A stretch of DNA of 64,000 nt from an uncultured Planctomycetaceae bacterium (GTDB taxonomy: Bacteria > Planctomycetota > Planctomycetia > Planctomycetales > Planctomycetaceae). The translations under genes and the position numbers were made by a program. The stretch spans positions 192,001-256,000 of the forward strand of contig CAWFGE010000019.1 of NCBI GenBank assembly GCA_963815195.1, read 5' to 3'. The notes beneath the pieces were generated by a model. That model saw only the letters and a list, made by a program, of their open reading frames with translations, was not told the origin of the DNA and did no database searches. This document shows, piece after piece, positions 11,446-22,725 of this stretch (its first letter is position 1; every line of letters starts with the position of its first letter).

Positions 11446-12825
11446 ATGATGTTGATCTCTTCGATTCAGAACCGACTTTTTCAGACGGCCCTTTTGGGGT
11501 TGCTGCTCAACACGGCGGCTCTCTTCGCACAAAAGAAGGCGGAGGACTTGACGTTTCCGCCGAAGCTGCCGGGCGGGAAGACCGTCGTCACCGACAAATC
11601 CGCGGAGTTTTTGAAGCCGGCGGACACGTTGAAAGACGGTGTCGCGATTGCCAAGACGCCGCCGACGGTGGATTTTCTGTTTTATCCCGGACAGAACTAT
11701 CCCGGCAAACCCTGGTCGAACTGGGGCGACTCGATCGCGGCGGACGGGAAATATTACTCGGCCATCGGCGATCATCTGGCGATCAACGGCAAAGGCGACG
11801 GAACCCACGGCACCGGAACCGGGCATGTCTTCGAGTACGATCCGCAGACGAAACAACTCCGCGAACTGGTCGATCTCGCGGCGTTCCTCAAACTGCCCGA
11901 AGGCCATTACACGCCGGGCAAAATCCACACGCCCTTGGCGATGGGCAGCGACGGCTGGTTGTATTACGCCACGCATCGCGGCTCCCCCCGCGCGACCACG
12001 GCCGAGTTTCATTACGAGGGCGATTGGATTTTCCGCACCAATCCCAAAACCGCAAAAACGGAGATCGTGGCCCACGCCCCGGTGCCCAAGCATTCCATCC
12101 CCGCCGCGACCTTCGATCCCGACCGCCTGATTTTCTACGGAGCCACCGCCCCGGCCGTCGATCGCGAAGAGGAAGGCATCCGCTTTTTCGCCTACGACTG
12201 CAAAAACCACAAGCTCTTGTACTCCGGTCCCAATGGCCCGGCCCGGTATCTGATGTTCGCCCGCTCCACCGGCCGGGTGTATTATGTGCCGGGAGCCCAG
12301 GAAGGTGAGTTGATGCGGTTCGATCCGGAAGTCGGCAAGCCGCAAAAAGTCGAAGGCAGCCGCATCGGCATCCGCGCCGCCACAGAGGAACCGCGCGACG
12401 GATTGATTTATACCGTCTCCATTGGCCAGCGTTCCTCCGATGCCGACGTCTGGTCCTTTAACACGAAGACCGAGGAGACGAAAAAGATCGGCACGGCGGC
12501 GGTGGGCGGGCAAGCTTATGTCGCCTCGATCGATGCCGACCCCAGCGGGCGGTATTTGTATTACGTTCCCGGAGCCCACGGCGGCAGCGACCGCGACGGC
12601 ACCGCGGTCGCGCAGTTCGACGTCAAGACCGGCAAGAAAAAGGTCATTGCGTTTCTGGAGCCGTTTTACACCAAGAAATACGGCTTCACGCTCAAAGGCA
12701 CTTACGCCACGGCGGTAAGTGCCGAGGGCGATAAGCTGTACGTCACGTGGAACGTCAGCCGAGGCAGCCGGGCCTGGGACTGCTGCGGGATGACGGTGAT
12801 CCACATCCCCGAATCCGAGCGGTAA
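11446..12825 (+). CDS. Secreted hypothetical beta-propeller protein
   Basis: Signal peptide, repeated YDP/FDP blade-like turns, GKIH motif; 23 nt downstream of the previous gene. Confidence 0.75.
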   Translation: MMLISSIQNRLFQTALLGLLLNTAALFAQKKAEDLTFPPKLPGGKTVVTDKSAEFLKPADTLKDGVAIAKTPPTVDFLFYPGQNYPGKPWSNWGDSIAADGKYYSAIGDHLAINGKGDGTHGTGTGHVFEYDPQTKQLRELVDLAAFLKLPEGHYTPGKIHTPLAMGSDGWLYYATHRGSPRATTAEFHYEGDWIFRTNPKTAKTEIVAHAPVPKHSIPAATFDPDRLIFYGATAPAVDREEEGIRFFAYDCKNHKLLYSGPNGPARYLMFARSTGRVYYVPGAQEGELMRFDPEVGKPQKVEGSRIGIRAATEEPRDGLIYTVSIGQRSSDADVWSFNTKTEETKKIGTAAVGGQAYVASIDADPSGRYLYYVPGAHGGSDRDGTAVAQFDVKTGKKKVIAFLEPFYTKKYGFTLKGTYATAVSAEGDKLYVTWNVSRGSRAWDCCGMTVIHIPESER

Positions 12826-12856
12826 GGATCCCTCGATCAATAATTGTCCGATTTAT

Positions 12857-12921
12857 TAGCCGCAGGGCGCTAGCCCCGGTTCATGGGAAGAACCGGACAC
12901 AAGCTACGCGCGTTCCGGCTG
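12857..12921. repeat. Degenerate inverted REP pair related to family A
   Basis: TAGCCGCAGGGCGCTAGCCCCGGTT faces AACCGG...TTCCGGCTGA; shares the GGCGCTAGCC core with the RAYT-flanking repeats. Confidence 0.5.
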
Positions 12922-12978
12922 ATAATTAGACAGTTATTTCTCGAATGGTGCTAAGCTAATAAGGCAGTTCGAGCAAAA

Positions 12979-13020
12979 GCAAAACCCGCGAAAGGCTCAT
13001 GGCCCTTCGCGGGTTTTTGC
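12979..13020. terminator. Bidirectional intrinsic terminator
   Basis: AAAACCCGCGAA...TTCGCGGGTTTTT between convergent genes. Confidence 0.85.
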
Positions 13021-13103
13021 ATTGAGATTGAAACCAAACAGCCAAGCCGCTCGTCTCTTCCCGGTTGCGGCCTATGCTCCTTTGTGGCCTTTGCCCCTTT
13101 CAA

Positions 13104-14863
13104 CTATTTCATCATGTCCTTCACAAAGCCCAGGAGGGGGCTGTTGAAGCCGCTGGGATCGTTCCAGGACCACATGGACCGCACGAGATCGAACATCATC
13201 ATCCCGCAGACGACCATCAACAGCGTGGAGAGCAGCAAGCCAACGAACGGGCCGGTGCCCCAATCGGCCTGGACGGGGGCGGGCATGGCTCCGGCGGCCA
13301 CGCCGGCGGGCGCTCCACGAAGTCCGGGTGGCTCGTGCCGGTGTCGAAATCGTCGTCGAAGTCGTCGGCCCCTTCATCGAACACGTCGAGATCGTCGAGT
13401 TCGTCGTCCTCGCCGACGACATCCTCCACCACGTCGAGGTCGTCTTCAAATCCGTCGGCTTCGTCGAATTCATCGGCTCCGAATTCGTCCCCGGAATCGA
13501 ATTCGTCGAAGGACTCGTCGAGATCGAACTCGTCCGCGTCTCCGGTCAGATCGAATTCTGCCGAGACGTCGCCCGATTTTTTGACGACCGTCGCCCCGCG
13601 GTCGTCCACTTCGTCCTCGTCGTCGAACATGATGACGTTGGTGCCGTCGTGGTCGCTGCCGGGGTTCATCGTGAGTTCAAACTCGCTGTCGTCCTCCATC
13701 GCGGGGACATCCATCGCCGTGTCGTCTCGGTCTTCGATGTTGGCCTTTTGCTTCATCATGGGGATGGTGCGGTCGTCGGCGTCGAGGGCGATGCCGCTGT
13801 CTTCGAAGCTTTCGAGGGCGATGCCGCTGTCGGCGGGGCTGAGTTCGATGCCGCTGTCTTCGGCGAGTCCGATGAAATCATCGGACTCGTCATCCATCAG
13901 CGAGATGCCGCTGTCGTCGAAGCCTTCGAGCGAGATGCCGCTGTCGTCGGTGGCGAGATGCAAATCGCTGTCGTCGTCCGCGCCGGCCCCGTTGTCGCGG
14001 CCTTTCGTGAGGCCGGAGTCGCTGCCGACTTTTTCCAAAGAGATGCCGCTGTCGGCCGCCAAGGTGATGCTGCTGCCGTCGCCCAGGGAGATGCCGCTTT
14101 CGTCCTCGTCAAAAACCGAGGCGTCGGTGCCGGCGACTTCGAGGGCGATTCCGCTGCCCGGGGGCGGAGGCACCAAGGTCACGTCGCTGTCGGAGTCCTC
14201 TTCCATATCCATCGCGGGCATGTCGTGTTCCGTCTTGGGCGGTTCGTCGTCCGGCACGAGCTGAACGTCGCTGTCGGAATCGTCGTCCATAATCCGCACG
14301 TCGCTGTCGCTGCCGCCCACGATCAACACGTCGCTGTCGCTGCCGCCCACGAGTTTCACGTCGCTTTCACTGCCGCCGACGAGTTTCACGTCGCTGTCGC
14401 TGCCGGGATCCGTCAGCCCCGCATCGACGAGCCGCACGTCGCTGTCGGAATTGCCCATCGAGAACAGATCCGAGCCGCCGATGTCCGTGAGCAGCTCGTT
14501 GGGAATCAATTGCACGTCGCTGTCGGAGGACATGCCCACCAGGAAGGGGTCGTCATCGTCGTCATCGTCGAGCGGATTGCTGCCCCGGATGACCGTCGGC
14601 TGCTCGCTGACGAGATCCTCTTCCTCCATCCCCAAAATCGAACTGCCGGCTTCGAGTTCCTCGTCCGTCAACAGCGGGACGTCGGGGTTCGAGTCGGCTT
14701 GCTGCGTGCGTTTGAGTTCTTCGATGTCGTCGGCTTTGAACTTCCAGGTTCCGCCGTCGGAAAACCCGCGAATCTCACCGCGCTCGCGGAGTTGTTTGAG
14801 TTCTTCGACCGAGACTCCGGCTTCGCGGGCCGCTTCCTCAAGACTTAAATACTTTTTGGCCAT
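13104..14863 (-). CDS. N-terminal excisionase/MerR-like HTH + long acidic repeat region + C-terminal TM helix; apparent frameshift near 13310
   Basis: YLSLEEAAREAGVSVEELKQLRERGEIRGF...WKF HTH; D/E-rich body; ORF 13104-13301 supplies the hydrophobic helix FVGLLLSTLLMVVCGMMMF. Confidence 0.8.
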
Positions 14864-15402
14864 TGATTTCCGACTCCAGTTGTTGTGGGAATCCCGTCAG
14901 GCGCGAGAAAAGCAAGGGAGTGTTTTCGATGTATGGAAATGCCGGTGCAGTTTGACAAGATCGGCTCAAGAAACGAACCGCTTGATTGTCCGAGAATGGT
15001 GTGTCCATGCGGGGGAAAGGGGAAAAACCCTCTTCCCCGATAAGAATTCCTTCTCAATCCATTCTAAAGGCCAATGACGCGCTTGCAAGGGCTTTCCCAA
15101 TCCAAACAGGCCGAAACGACGGAAATGAAGGCATGATAACACCTTTAGGGAAACCACCCCCCGTTGTGCGAAATACAACGGAGACAAAGTTCCAGCGCCA
15201 CGTCGACACGGCGGCATCTTGCCGCCGAAGATCGCTACGGAAAATGGCCGGCGGCTGGAAGCCACCACTACGGAAATTGGCACCGCTTTCCGAGAAACAA
15301 GTCCCCAGTTTTTCTTTGATCGCCTGTTGAATTCGAACGGCGTTCTACGTTTGTCTTCCTGGGAACGGAGGAACCACACGTCAAAAGGCAAAGAGAACCC
15401 CC

Positions 15403-16713
15403 ATGTCCTTTCCATTCGGCTCCAGGATCATCATTCTCTGGCTCGCCATGCCCGGGTTGGCTTTGGCGGAACATCCCCGGCACGAATTGCCTTCGATTCA
15501 AACCCTCAAGACCTTCCTGGAAGATGGAATTGTCCGGCAAGCGGATCTGGATCAAATACTGGCCGCCGCGAAACAGGCTCGGCTCTTGCATTCCAAAAGT
15601 CCGATTCCGGATTACGCCCACGGATTGGTGCTCTTGAAGCGAGACGAGTTGGCGAGGGCTCTGGATTGTTTTGAAGCCTCGCTCAAGCGCGACCCCACGT
15701 ATTTGCCGGCGTGGAGAGCCAGGCTCCGCACGCGGTTGCTTCGCGGGCAAACCGACTCCTTCCGGGCGGAATGCCTGTCGCTGGCCGAAATCGTCGGCGA
15801 CGATGCGATGCCTTGGGAGAGCGAAGACCGTCACGAAGCCGCCGCCTGGCTGGGCCGGATTGCGGGGTTTCTGTCGCTCCCGGAAGTGGAACTCATGCCG
15901 GCGAATTCGCGGGATTATTTCGAATGGATGTTGACCTCGGCCTTTGGAAAGTCGCAGCAATCCGGCGACGCCAATTCCTATTATGCCGCCGGCCGGCAGA
16001 CTCTGTTGGAAGATTATGAGCATTTCAAAAAAATCCTTAAGGAAGAGCTTGACGCAAAACTTCATCAGCAGGAAAGCCACCTGGCCGAACTGGAATTTCG
16101 CCGGCGGGAACTCGAGCAAAGGGCCGAGTCGCTGGAGCGAATCGCGGAGCAGTTGAAAAACCGGCTGGCCGACCGCCGGGAAGACGCCGCCCGGGAGTTG
16201 AAAACGCTGGGCAAGGGCTACGATGCCTTAAATCAGACCAGATGGCGGGTCCTACAACTCATGCGGCAAACCCAACAGGATGTGGTGCGATTGCATCTCG
16301 AACTGGCCACACGAGGCATCTTCGGGCTTGAAGCCGAGCGTCAGCCGGTGATGCTTCAACTCCGGCAGGAGCTTCTCAAATATCGCAATCAGTATCTCGT
16401 GCTCCAATGGCAAGGAGCGAACGTGCAAACACAGGGCCGGCGAATCGTCGCGGACCGCGCGGACGCGGCTCGCCGATACGAACTGGTCAAGAAACGAATC
16501 GGACATCAGATCGAGACGGTCAATCGGCGTCAACAACGATTTCAAACGGAATCGGAAAAAATCCAGGACGAGAGTCAAATCCTGTCGGAAACCTCTTTGC
16601 AGCAACAACTCTCCGATGCGTCCCGCTATTTGGAACTCGACGAACAGGCCGAGCTCGCACGGTTCATCGAACAAGCCGGCCGTCAACAGGCAACACTCGG
16701 TTTCTCCCATTGA
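15403..16713 (+). CDS. Secreted TPR + coiled-coil hypothetical protein
   Basis: Signal peptide; TPR-like YAHGLVLL...ALDCFEASLKRDP; long Q/E/R-rich heptad region. Confidence 0.7.
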   Translation: MSFPFGSRIIILWLAMPGLALAEHPRHELPSIQTLKTFLEDGIVRQADLDQILAAAKQARLLHSKSPIPDYAHGLVLLKRDELARALDCFEASLKRDPTYLPAWRARLRTRLLRGQTDSFRAECLSLAEIVGDDAMPWESEDRHEAAAWLGRIAGFLSLPEVELMPANSRDYFEWMLTSAFGKSQQSGDANSYYAAGRQTLLEDYEHFKKILKEELDAKLHQQESHLAELEFRRRELEQRAESLERIAEQLKNRLADRREDAARELKTLGKGYDALNQTRWRVLQLMRQTQQDVVRLHLELATRGIFGLEAERQPVMLQLRQELLKYRNQYLVLQWQGANVQTQGRRIVADRADAARRYELVKKRIGHQIETVNRRQQRFQTESEKIQDESQILSETSLQQQLSDASRYLELDEQAELARFIEQAGRQQATLGFSH

Positions 16714-16743
16714 ATCTCACACGAATACAAGGAACCCACTCCG

Positions 16744-18598
16744 ATGAAGAAACACTCCCTGTTGCTAACGGCCGGTGCCGCGATCACGTTGGCGTTCGCG
16801 CTGGCGGCGAATGCCGACCGTTCCGGTCATGACAATCCGCCGGAGTCCCTGTTGGAAAAAGCCGCCCAGGCGGAAGTCCAAGGTTCTTCCGAAACTCGCG
16901 ATCGGTTGTTGAACTCGATCGTCAGCGATGCGCCCCACGATCCTCAGGCGCTGGCAGTTGGGCCAGATCCGGCGGGACGGCCAATGGATCCGTTTTTCCG
17001 AACTGGCCGATCAACTCAGACACGACAAAGCCCTCGACGAATACCGCGAGGTTCGCGAGAAATACGGCGCGACCTCCCGCGAGCAGTTGGATTTGGCCGA
17101 CTGGTGCCGATCGAATCACCTGCCGGAACGAGAACGCGCCCATTTGACCGCCGCCTTGGAACTGTCGGACAATCCCGACGACCCCGCATTGCGGGCAAGG
17201 TTGGGATTTCGGCAGGTCAACGGCCGTTGGCGGACCCAAGCGGGTTTGGAGGAACTTCAGCAAACCCGCACGGAGCACCAAAAAAACCTCAGGACATGGA
17301 GGCCCAAAATCCAACGACTGTCCGCCCAACTCGACAGCTCGCGAACGGCGATTCGACAAAAGGCCCAGGCGGAGCTGAAAGCGATCTCGGACCGGGCGGC
17401 ATTGCCGGCCTTGGAAGCCGTGCTGGGCCACGGGGACTTGGAATCGGGCCGGCTGCTGGTGGAGTTGTTGGGGAAATTTCGTTCCCACCAGGCGGCCGAT
17501 GTCTTGGGGCGGGTCGCCGTACTTTCGCCTTGGGACGTTGTTCGGCAAGAAGCCGGGAAACAGTTGCGTTCCCGTCCCTACGGAGCCTACGTTCCGCAAC
17601 TCTTGGCCTCGCTGAGCACGCCGGTGGCCGTGAAGACTCAATTGCTGGTGAATGCCAACGGCGTGCAATTGTCGGAGGAGTTTACGCGGGAGACGCAATC
17701 GGCCCGCCAGGTGCTCGACCGTCGCGGCAGAAAATACATTGTTCCCGTGAATCAGGGAGGAACTTCGTCGATCCTGGGATTGATCCGCGACAGGCGCCGC
17801 CTGGACCGAGCCGCCGCCAATGCCGCGCTGGAAGCCCAACTGCAAGCGGCGGCCTCCGAGAGCGCCGTCGATGCGCAGAACGGAAGGATCGACGCTTTGA
17901 ACGACCGCGTCTGCGAAGCGCTCGCATCTTCCACGGGGGTCGGGCTGCCGGCCGATCCCACGGAGTGGTGGAAATGGTGGAACGACTACAACCAACTCAC
18001 AACGGAGGACAAGGCCTACCAGCACGTCCAATTTCAAAACGCCGCCGTGGAAATGGTGCCGGTCGGCACGCCGACCGCTTCGCAGGGCAGCGGCTCCGAT
18101 TTCGGGTCCAGCTCCAATTCCGGATCGGGCTCCGCGACTCCGCCCCGCGAGTGCCTGGTGGCGGGAACGGCGATCTGGACCGACCGGGGCTCCATGCCCG
18201 TGGAAGCGGTTCAGGTGGGGGATCTCGTGCTGGCCAAAAATCCGGAAACGGGAGAGTTGGACTATCATCCCGTATTGCGGACGACCGTTCGCGAAGCCGA
18301 GCCGGTGATGAAAGTCACCACGCCCGGCCGTTTTCTCCGGGCCACGGGCGGACATACGTTTTGGATCTCCGGCCAAGGCTGGACGAAACTCCGCGACGTG
18401 AAACCGGGACAGCGATTCCACACCGCCACCGGTCCGGTCGAGATTCAAGAGTTGGAGAATGACGGGACCGAAAAGACTTACAACCTCCTCGTCGCCGATG
18501 TCCACACCTACTTCGCGGGCGAGGATTTGATTCTCAGCCACGATGTCACCGTGACCCGGCCCGTTGATGCCCAGGTCCCCGGCGTCCTGCTCGATTAG
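16744..18598 (+). CDS. Secreted helical/HEAT-repeat protein with C-terminal HINT (intein-like) domain; apparent frameshift near 16950
   Basis: Signal peptide in ORF 16744. ORF 16928-18598 has HEAT-like repeats then CLVAGT...VGDLVL...ATGGHTFW...TYNLLVADVHTYFAG...SHD. Confidence 0.85.
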
Positions 18599-18662
18599 CC
18601 GCAAGCACGCCGGCGAGCCAACGGCGACAGCCGCGAACGGACCGGGCTTAAGAAATCCCCCC

Positions 18663-18740
18663 AAGACCCAAGCCCTGAAACAGCGAAACAAGCCTCGGAA
18701 AATGGCTTGCTTCGCTGTTTCAGGGCTTGGGTTCTTTTCT
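18663..18740 (+). terminator. Long inverted repeat / probable terminator
   Basis: CCCAAGCCCTGAAACAGCGAAACAAGCC pairs with GGCTTGCTTCGCTGTTTCAGGGCTTGGG (one mismatch), followed by TTCTTTTCT. Confidence 0.7.
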
Positions 18741-18774
18741 GTCCGTCCCGCACGCGCCTTTTTTTAATTGTCTA

Positions 18775-18803
18775 TTGACATAGTGAAATAGTACAACAAT
18801 AAT
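18775..18803 (+). promoter_or_regulatory. Sigma70-type promoter for the GntR operon
   Basis: TTGACA-N17-AATAAT in an AT-rich patch 44 nt upstream of the GntR start. Confidence 0.75.
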
Positions 18804-18847
18804 ATGATTGTTTCGATTCTCTTTGTCGGAAGGATTTCGTCCGCGGC

Positions 18848-19252
18848 ATGTCCCTCACGGTTCAGCTCAACAAGGAAAACGGCATTCCGCTGTATGTGCA
18901 GTTGGAGGAGCAGATCCGGCTGCTCGTGCATCGGGGCGAACTCGTGGCCGGGGATTTGATGCCCACCGTCCGCGAACTCGCGGTGCAACTGGAAATCAAC
19001 AGCAACACCGTCGCGAGAGTCTATCGCGACTTGCAGCAGGACGGGATTTTGACGCTTCGCCGCGGAGTCGGCACGTTTGTTTCGCGGGACGCGAAAATCG
19101 AACCTTTGCCCCGGCGGGACCTGAAGATCCTGGAAAAGCAGGCGGACGCGCTGATCGCCACCGGCCTCCGCATGCAATTGACGCCGGTGGAATTACTTCA
19201 ACTCATCGAAACCCGCTGGAAGGAGAACGCCGATGTTCACGGGAAGCAATAA
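18848..19252 (+). CDS. GntR-family regulator (YtrA-like, short)
   Basis: PLYVQL...GDLMPTVRELAVQLEINSNTVARVYRDL...RRGVGTFV; 134 aa. Confidence 0.92.
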   Translation: MSLTVQLNKENGIPLYVQLEEQIRLLVHRGELVAGDLMPTVRELAVQLEINSNTVARVYRDLQQDGILTLRRGVGTFVSRDAKIEPLPRRDLKILEKQADALIATGLRMQLTPVELLQLIETRWKENADVHGKQ

Positions 19253-20099
19253 CGTGATTGCCTGGACTTTGCTGCTGCTCACCGGCCTGGGGTCGGCTTT
19301 GGCTTACGAACAAGGCGTCCCGCCGGCATTTGTCGCCGGCGGCGCCTTCGCGGGCGTGCTCCTCAGTCTTTCCCCTCGAATCGTCAAGGAATGGGAGCGG
19401 GGCGTGCTCTTGCGGCTGGGCAAGTTCCGCCATGTGCTCCCGCCAGGGATTTCCTGGATCGTGCCCGGCGTGGATGCGATTGCATCCCGCGTGGACATGC
19501 GGATTCGCTCGACCACGTTCTCGGCGGAAAAAACGCTCACGCGGGACACGGTCCCGGTCAACGTCGATGCCGTGATGTTCTGGGTCGTGACCGATGCCCG
19601 CCGGGCGATTCTGGAAGTGGAGGAATACGCGAAGACCGTGGGCTGGGCGGCCCAGACGACATTGCGGGACATCATCGGCAAGGCCGATCTGGTCCGGATG
19701 ATTTCCGACCGCGAAAACCTCGATGTGGAACTCCAGCGGGTGATCGACGCGAAGACGAGCGAGTGGGGCATCACAGTGCAGTCGGTGGAGATTCGGGACG
19801 TGCGGATTCCGCCCGGCCTGGAAGATGCGATGAGCCGCAAGGCCCAAGCCGACCGCGAAAAAGAGGCCCGCGTGATCCTCGCGGAGTCCGAGCTGTTGAT
19901 CGCCGAGCAGATGCGGCAGGCGTCGGAAGTTTACAGCAAAAATCCCGTCGCCATGAGGCTTAGGGCCATGAACATGACGTACGAATCGATCAAGGAACGC
20001 GGGGCGCTGATGGTCGTCCCCAGCGGCATGGCGGATTCCATCAACCCCGGCATCATCGGCATGGCGGCCGCGGGATTCCGGCAGAACGGAGAGGACTAA
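19233..20099 (+). CDS. SPFH/stomatin-like (slipin) protein
   Basis: EWERGVLLRLGK, LTRDTVPVNVDAV, AQTTLRDIIG, AMSRKAQADREK. Confidence 0.92.
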   Translation: MFTGSNNVIAWTLLLLTGLGSALAYEQGVPPAFVAGGAFAGVLLSLSPRIVKEWERGVLLRLGKFRHVLPPGISWIVPGVDAIASRVDMRIRSTTFSAEKTLTRDTVPVNVDAVMFWVVTDARRAILEVEEYAKTVGWAAQTTLRDIIGKADLVRMISDRENLDVELQRVIDAKTSEWGITVQSVEIRDVRIPPGLEDAMSRKAQADREKEARVILAESELLIAEQMRQASEVYSKNPVAMRLRAMNMTYESIKERGALMVVPSGMADSINPGIIGMAAAGFRQNGED

Positions 20100-20680
20100 A
20101 TGGACCGCTGGATTCTCGTCCGATCCAAACGCCTGCACGACCGCCGGGTCGTCACGCCGGAACGAACCGTCGATCGGGCCACGCTGATTCCATTCTTCGA
20201 TCGCGAAGGCCGGAGCCAGTCGTTCCTGCTCGTCGATCCCGCATCCTCCGAACTGTTCCTCGGCGCTGGGCGGAATCGGTCCGCGTCCCGTTGTGGGGAC
20301 CGATCCGCATCAAAGACCCTTTGGAAATCCTGGCGGACGACAACATCGAAAACCTTTTGCCGCTTTGGCATTACGATCCTTGGTGGCTGCTGAGAGAACC
20401 CCGTTACGAAGATAACGAATTGGCGGCCGTGCTTCCCGGCACGAACTGCGTCAGCGACCTGGCCGCGGGCACCCAGAGCCTGCTGTTTTCCGGAAACCTC
20501 TTGCGGGTTCGCTGGGTAACTACGAAAACAAAGGATGGATGCCGGACCGACCGCTTTCGATCCTCGATGCTCCCCGAATACAATCGAGTCCCGCGAAGGG
20601 AAACAGGGACGCGGCGGACCGGCTGGCAGTTGGCCCCGTTTTGGGAATCTTCCGGGCGGAATTCTCGTGAACCGTTTTGA
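20100..20680 (+). CDS. Hypothetical protein, apparent frameshift near 20280
   Basis: Starts immediately after the slipin stop; two overlapping ORFs (20100-20393, 20291-20680) fill the gap to sppA. Confidence 0.5.
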
Positions 20681-20749
20681 AATGTGCCGCGTTAACAAAG
20701 ACCACAGTCCGAGTGCAAACCAATCACTCTCTCAGGAAAGGATAACACG

Positions 20750-22631
20750 ATGCTTACGAGACATGTTCTGCGATTGATGTTGCTGGCCGTCCTTGCGGTG
20801 ACATGGATGCAAAGCCCCATTGTCTTCGCCCAAGCCGACGCGAAGGCGGAAGACAAAAAAGAAGCGAAACAGGAAAAGAAGACCCCCACGAAAGTCGTGG
20901 TGCCGGTGTTTTCGCTGTCGTCGTCGATCACGGAAAAGCCCGCGGCGGAGGAGCTGATGTTCGCCACGAGCGGGAAGCCGGAATCGTTTTTGTCCTTTAC
21001 CGAACGATTGCGGAAAGCGGTCGATGACGATGAGGTGAAGGGTGTCGTCTTCCTTTCGGGCCATGCGAGCTTCGGGATCGCCCAGACCGAGGAATTGCAT
21101 CAGATCATGGCCGATCTCAAGAAGGCCGGCAAAAAGATCTACGCCCACGCCGACGACCTGGACACCAGGCGGTTTGTGCTCTTTTCCGGGGCGACGCATT
21201 TGGCGGTGTCTCCCACCGGGCATCTGTTTGTGACGGGAATCTACGGCGAGCAGCTTTATCTGCGGGGCTTGTTCGACCGCATTCGCGTCAAGCCGGATTT
21301 CCTTACTTGCGGAGCGTATAAAAGCGCTGCCGAGATGTTCATGCGAAAATCCGCCTCGCCCGAAGCCAAGGAAATGTACGGCTGGCTTTACGATGGGCTT
21401 TACGATTCTTACCTCACCGCGATCGCCGACGGCCGCGGCGTGAAGAAAGCCAAGGCCCGCGAGTGGATCGATCAGGGTTTGTACTCCGCCGAGTCCGCGA
21501 CCAAAGCCGGCTTGATCGATGCCGCCGAGTACCCGCAAGACTTCGAAGCCCGCATCCGCAAGGACCTGGGCGAAGGCATGGAGTTCGATCATCGTTACGG
21601 CAAGAAAAAGAAGAAGGAGATCGACCTCTCCAACCCGTTCGCGGCCCTGCAAATTTGGGCGGAACTGCTCAGCGGGGGGAAGAAAGCGGAGTCCACCAAA
21701 AACGCGGTCGCGGTGGTTTATGTGGAAGGCGCGATCATGCCCGGCAAAGGCACGCCGTCGCTGTTCGGCGATTCCGAAGCGGCGTACAGCGATCCCATCC
21801 GCAAGGCCTTGGACAAGGTCGCGGACGACAAATCGATCAAAGCGGTCGTGCTGCGGGTGGATTCGCCCGGCGGATCCGTCGTCGCCAGCGAACTGATTCT
21901 CAATGCGACCCAGCGGGTGAAAAAGAACAAGCCGCTGATCGTTTCGATGGGCAACGTCGCCGGCAGCGGGGGTTATTATGTCTCCTGCGGCACGGACACG
22001 ATCTTCGCCGAGCCGGGCACGATCACCGGGTCCATCGGCGTCCTCACGGGCAAGCTTGCGACGCAACAGATGTGGGACCAGATCGGCATCAACTTCGAGC
22101 CGCGGGCCCGCGGCAAACGGCGCCGCCTTGCTCAGCTCCGCGTCGACCTTTACCGACGAGGAGCGGGCCGACCTGCAAAAATGGATGGACGAAGTTTACG
22201 AAGACTTCAAAGACCACGTGCTCGCGGTCCGCAAAGATCGGCTCACGAAACCGTTGGACGAACTCGCCGAGGGCCGGGTCTTCACCGGCAAGCAGGCTCT
22301 GGAATATGGCCTGGTCGACAAGCTCGGCGGCCTGAACGATGCGATCAAATTCGCCGCGAAACAAGCCAAGGTGGAAGATTACGAAGTCCGCGTCGTGCCC
22401 GAAACCAAGAGCTTTTTTGAAATCCTGGCGGAGGATTTGAGCGGCGAGACCAAAGAGAGCGACAAGCACCTGCGCCTGGGTGCGGGTGGCTCCCTGTGGG
22501 ACGCCGTGCTGCCGATGCTCAAAGGCCTCGACCCCCACCGCGTCCGCGCGGTCCACCGAGCCATCCAGCAACTCGAGATCATCCAGCAAGAGCGGATGTC
22601 GCTCTCGATGCCGATCCTCAATTTGGAATAG
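20750..22631 (+). CDS. sppA: Signal peptide peptidase A (67-kDa type, S49); apparent frameshift near 22120
   Basis: YKSAAEMF, LRVDSPGGS, SMGNVAGSGGYY, TGSIGV, then AEGRVFTGKQALEYGLVDKLGG in the second ORF. Confidence 0.92.
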
Positions 22632-22725
22632 CGGCGGGCGACGACGGCTTCGAAATCCAGGCGAAGCGCCGCGGCGCTTCGCCTGGATTTCTTGTTTTGC
22701 GCCTTCCGAGGCAATCGAACGAGGG

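Noticed and set aside
15277..15295. Sigma-54 promoter (TGGCAC...)
   Set aside because: The -12 position reads TTCC, not TTGC.
16744..18598. Polymorphic toxin or true intein
   Set aside because: No domain after the HINT, no immunity gene, and no terminal Asn with a +1 nucleophile.
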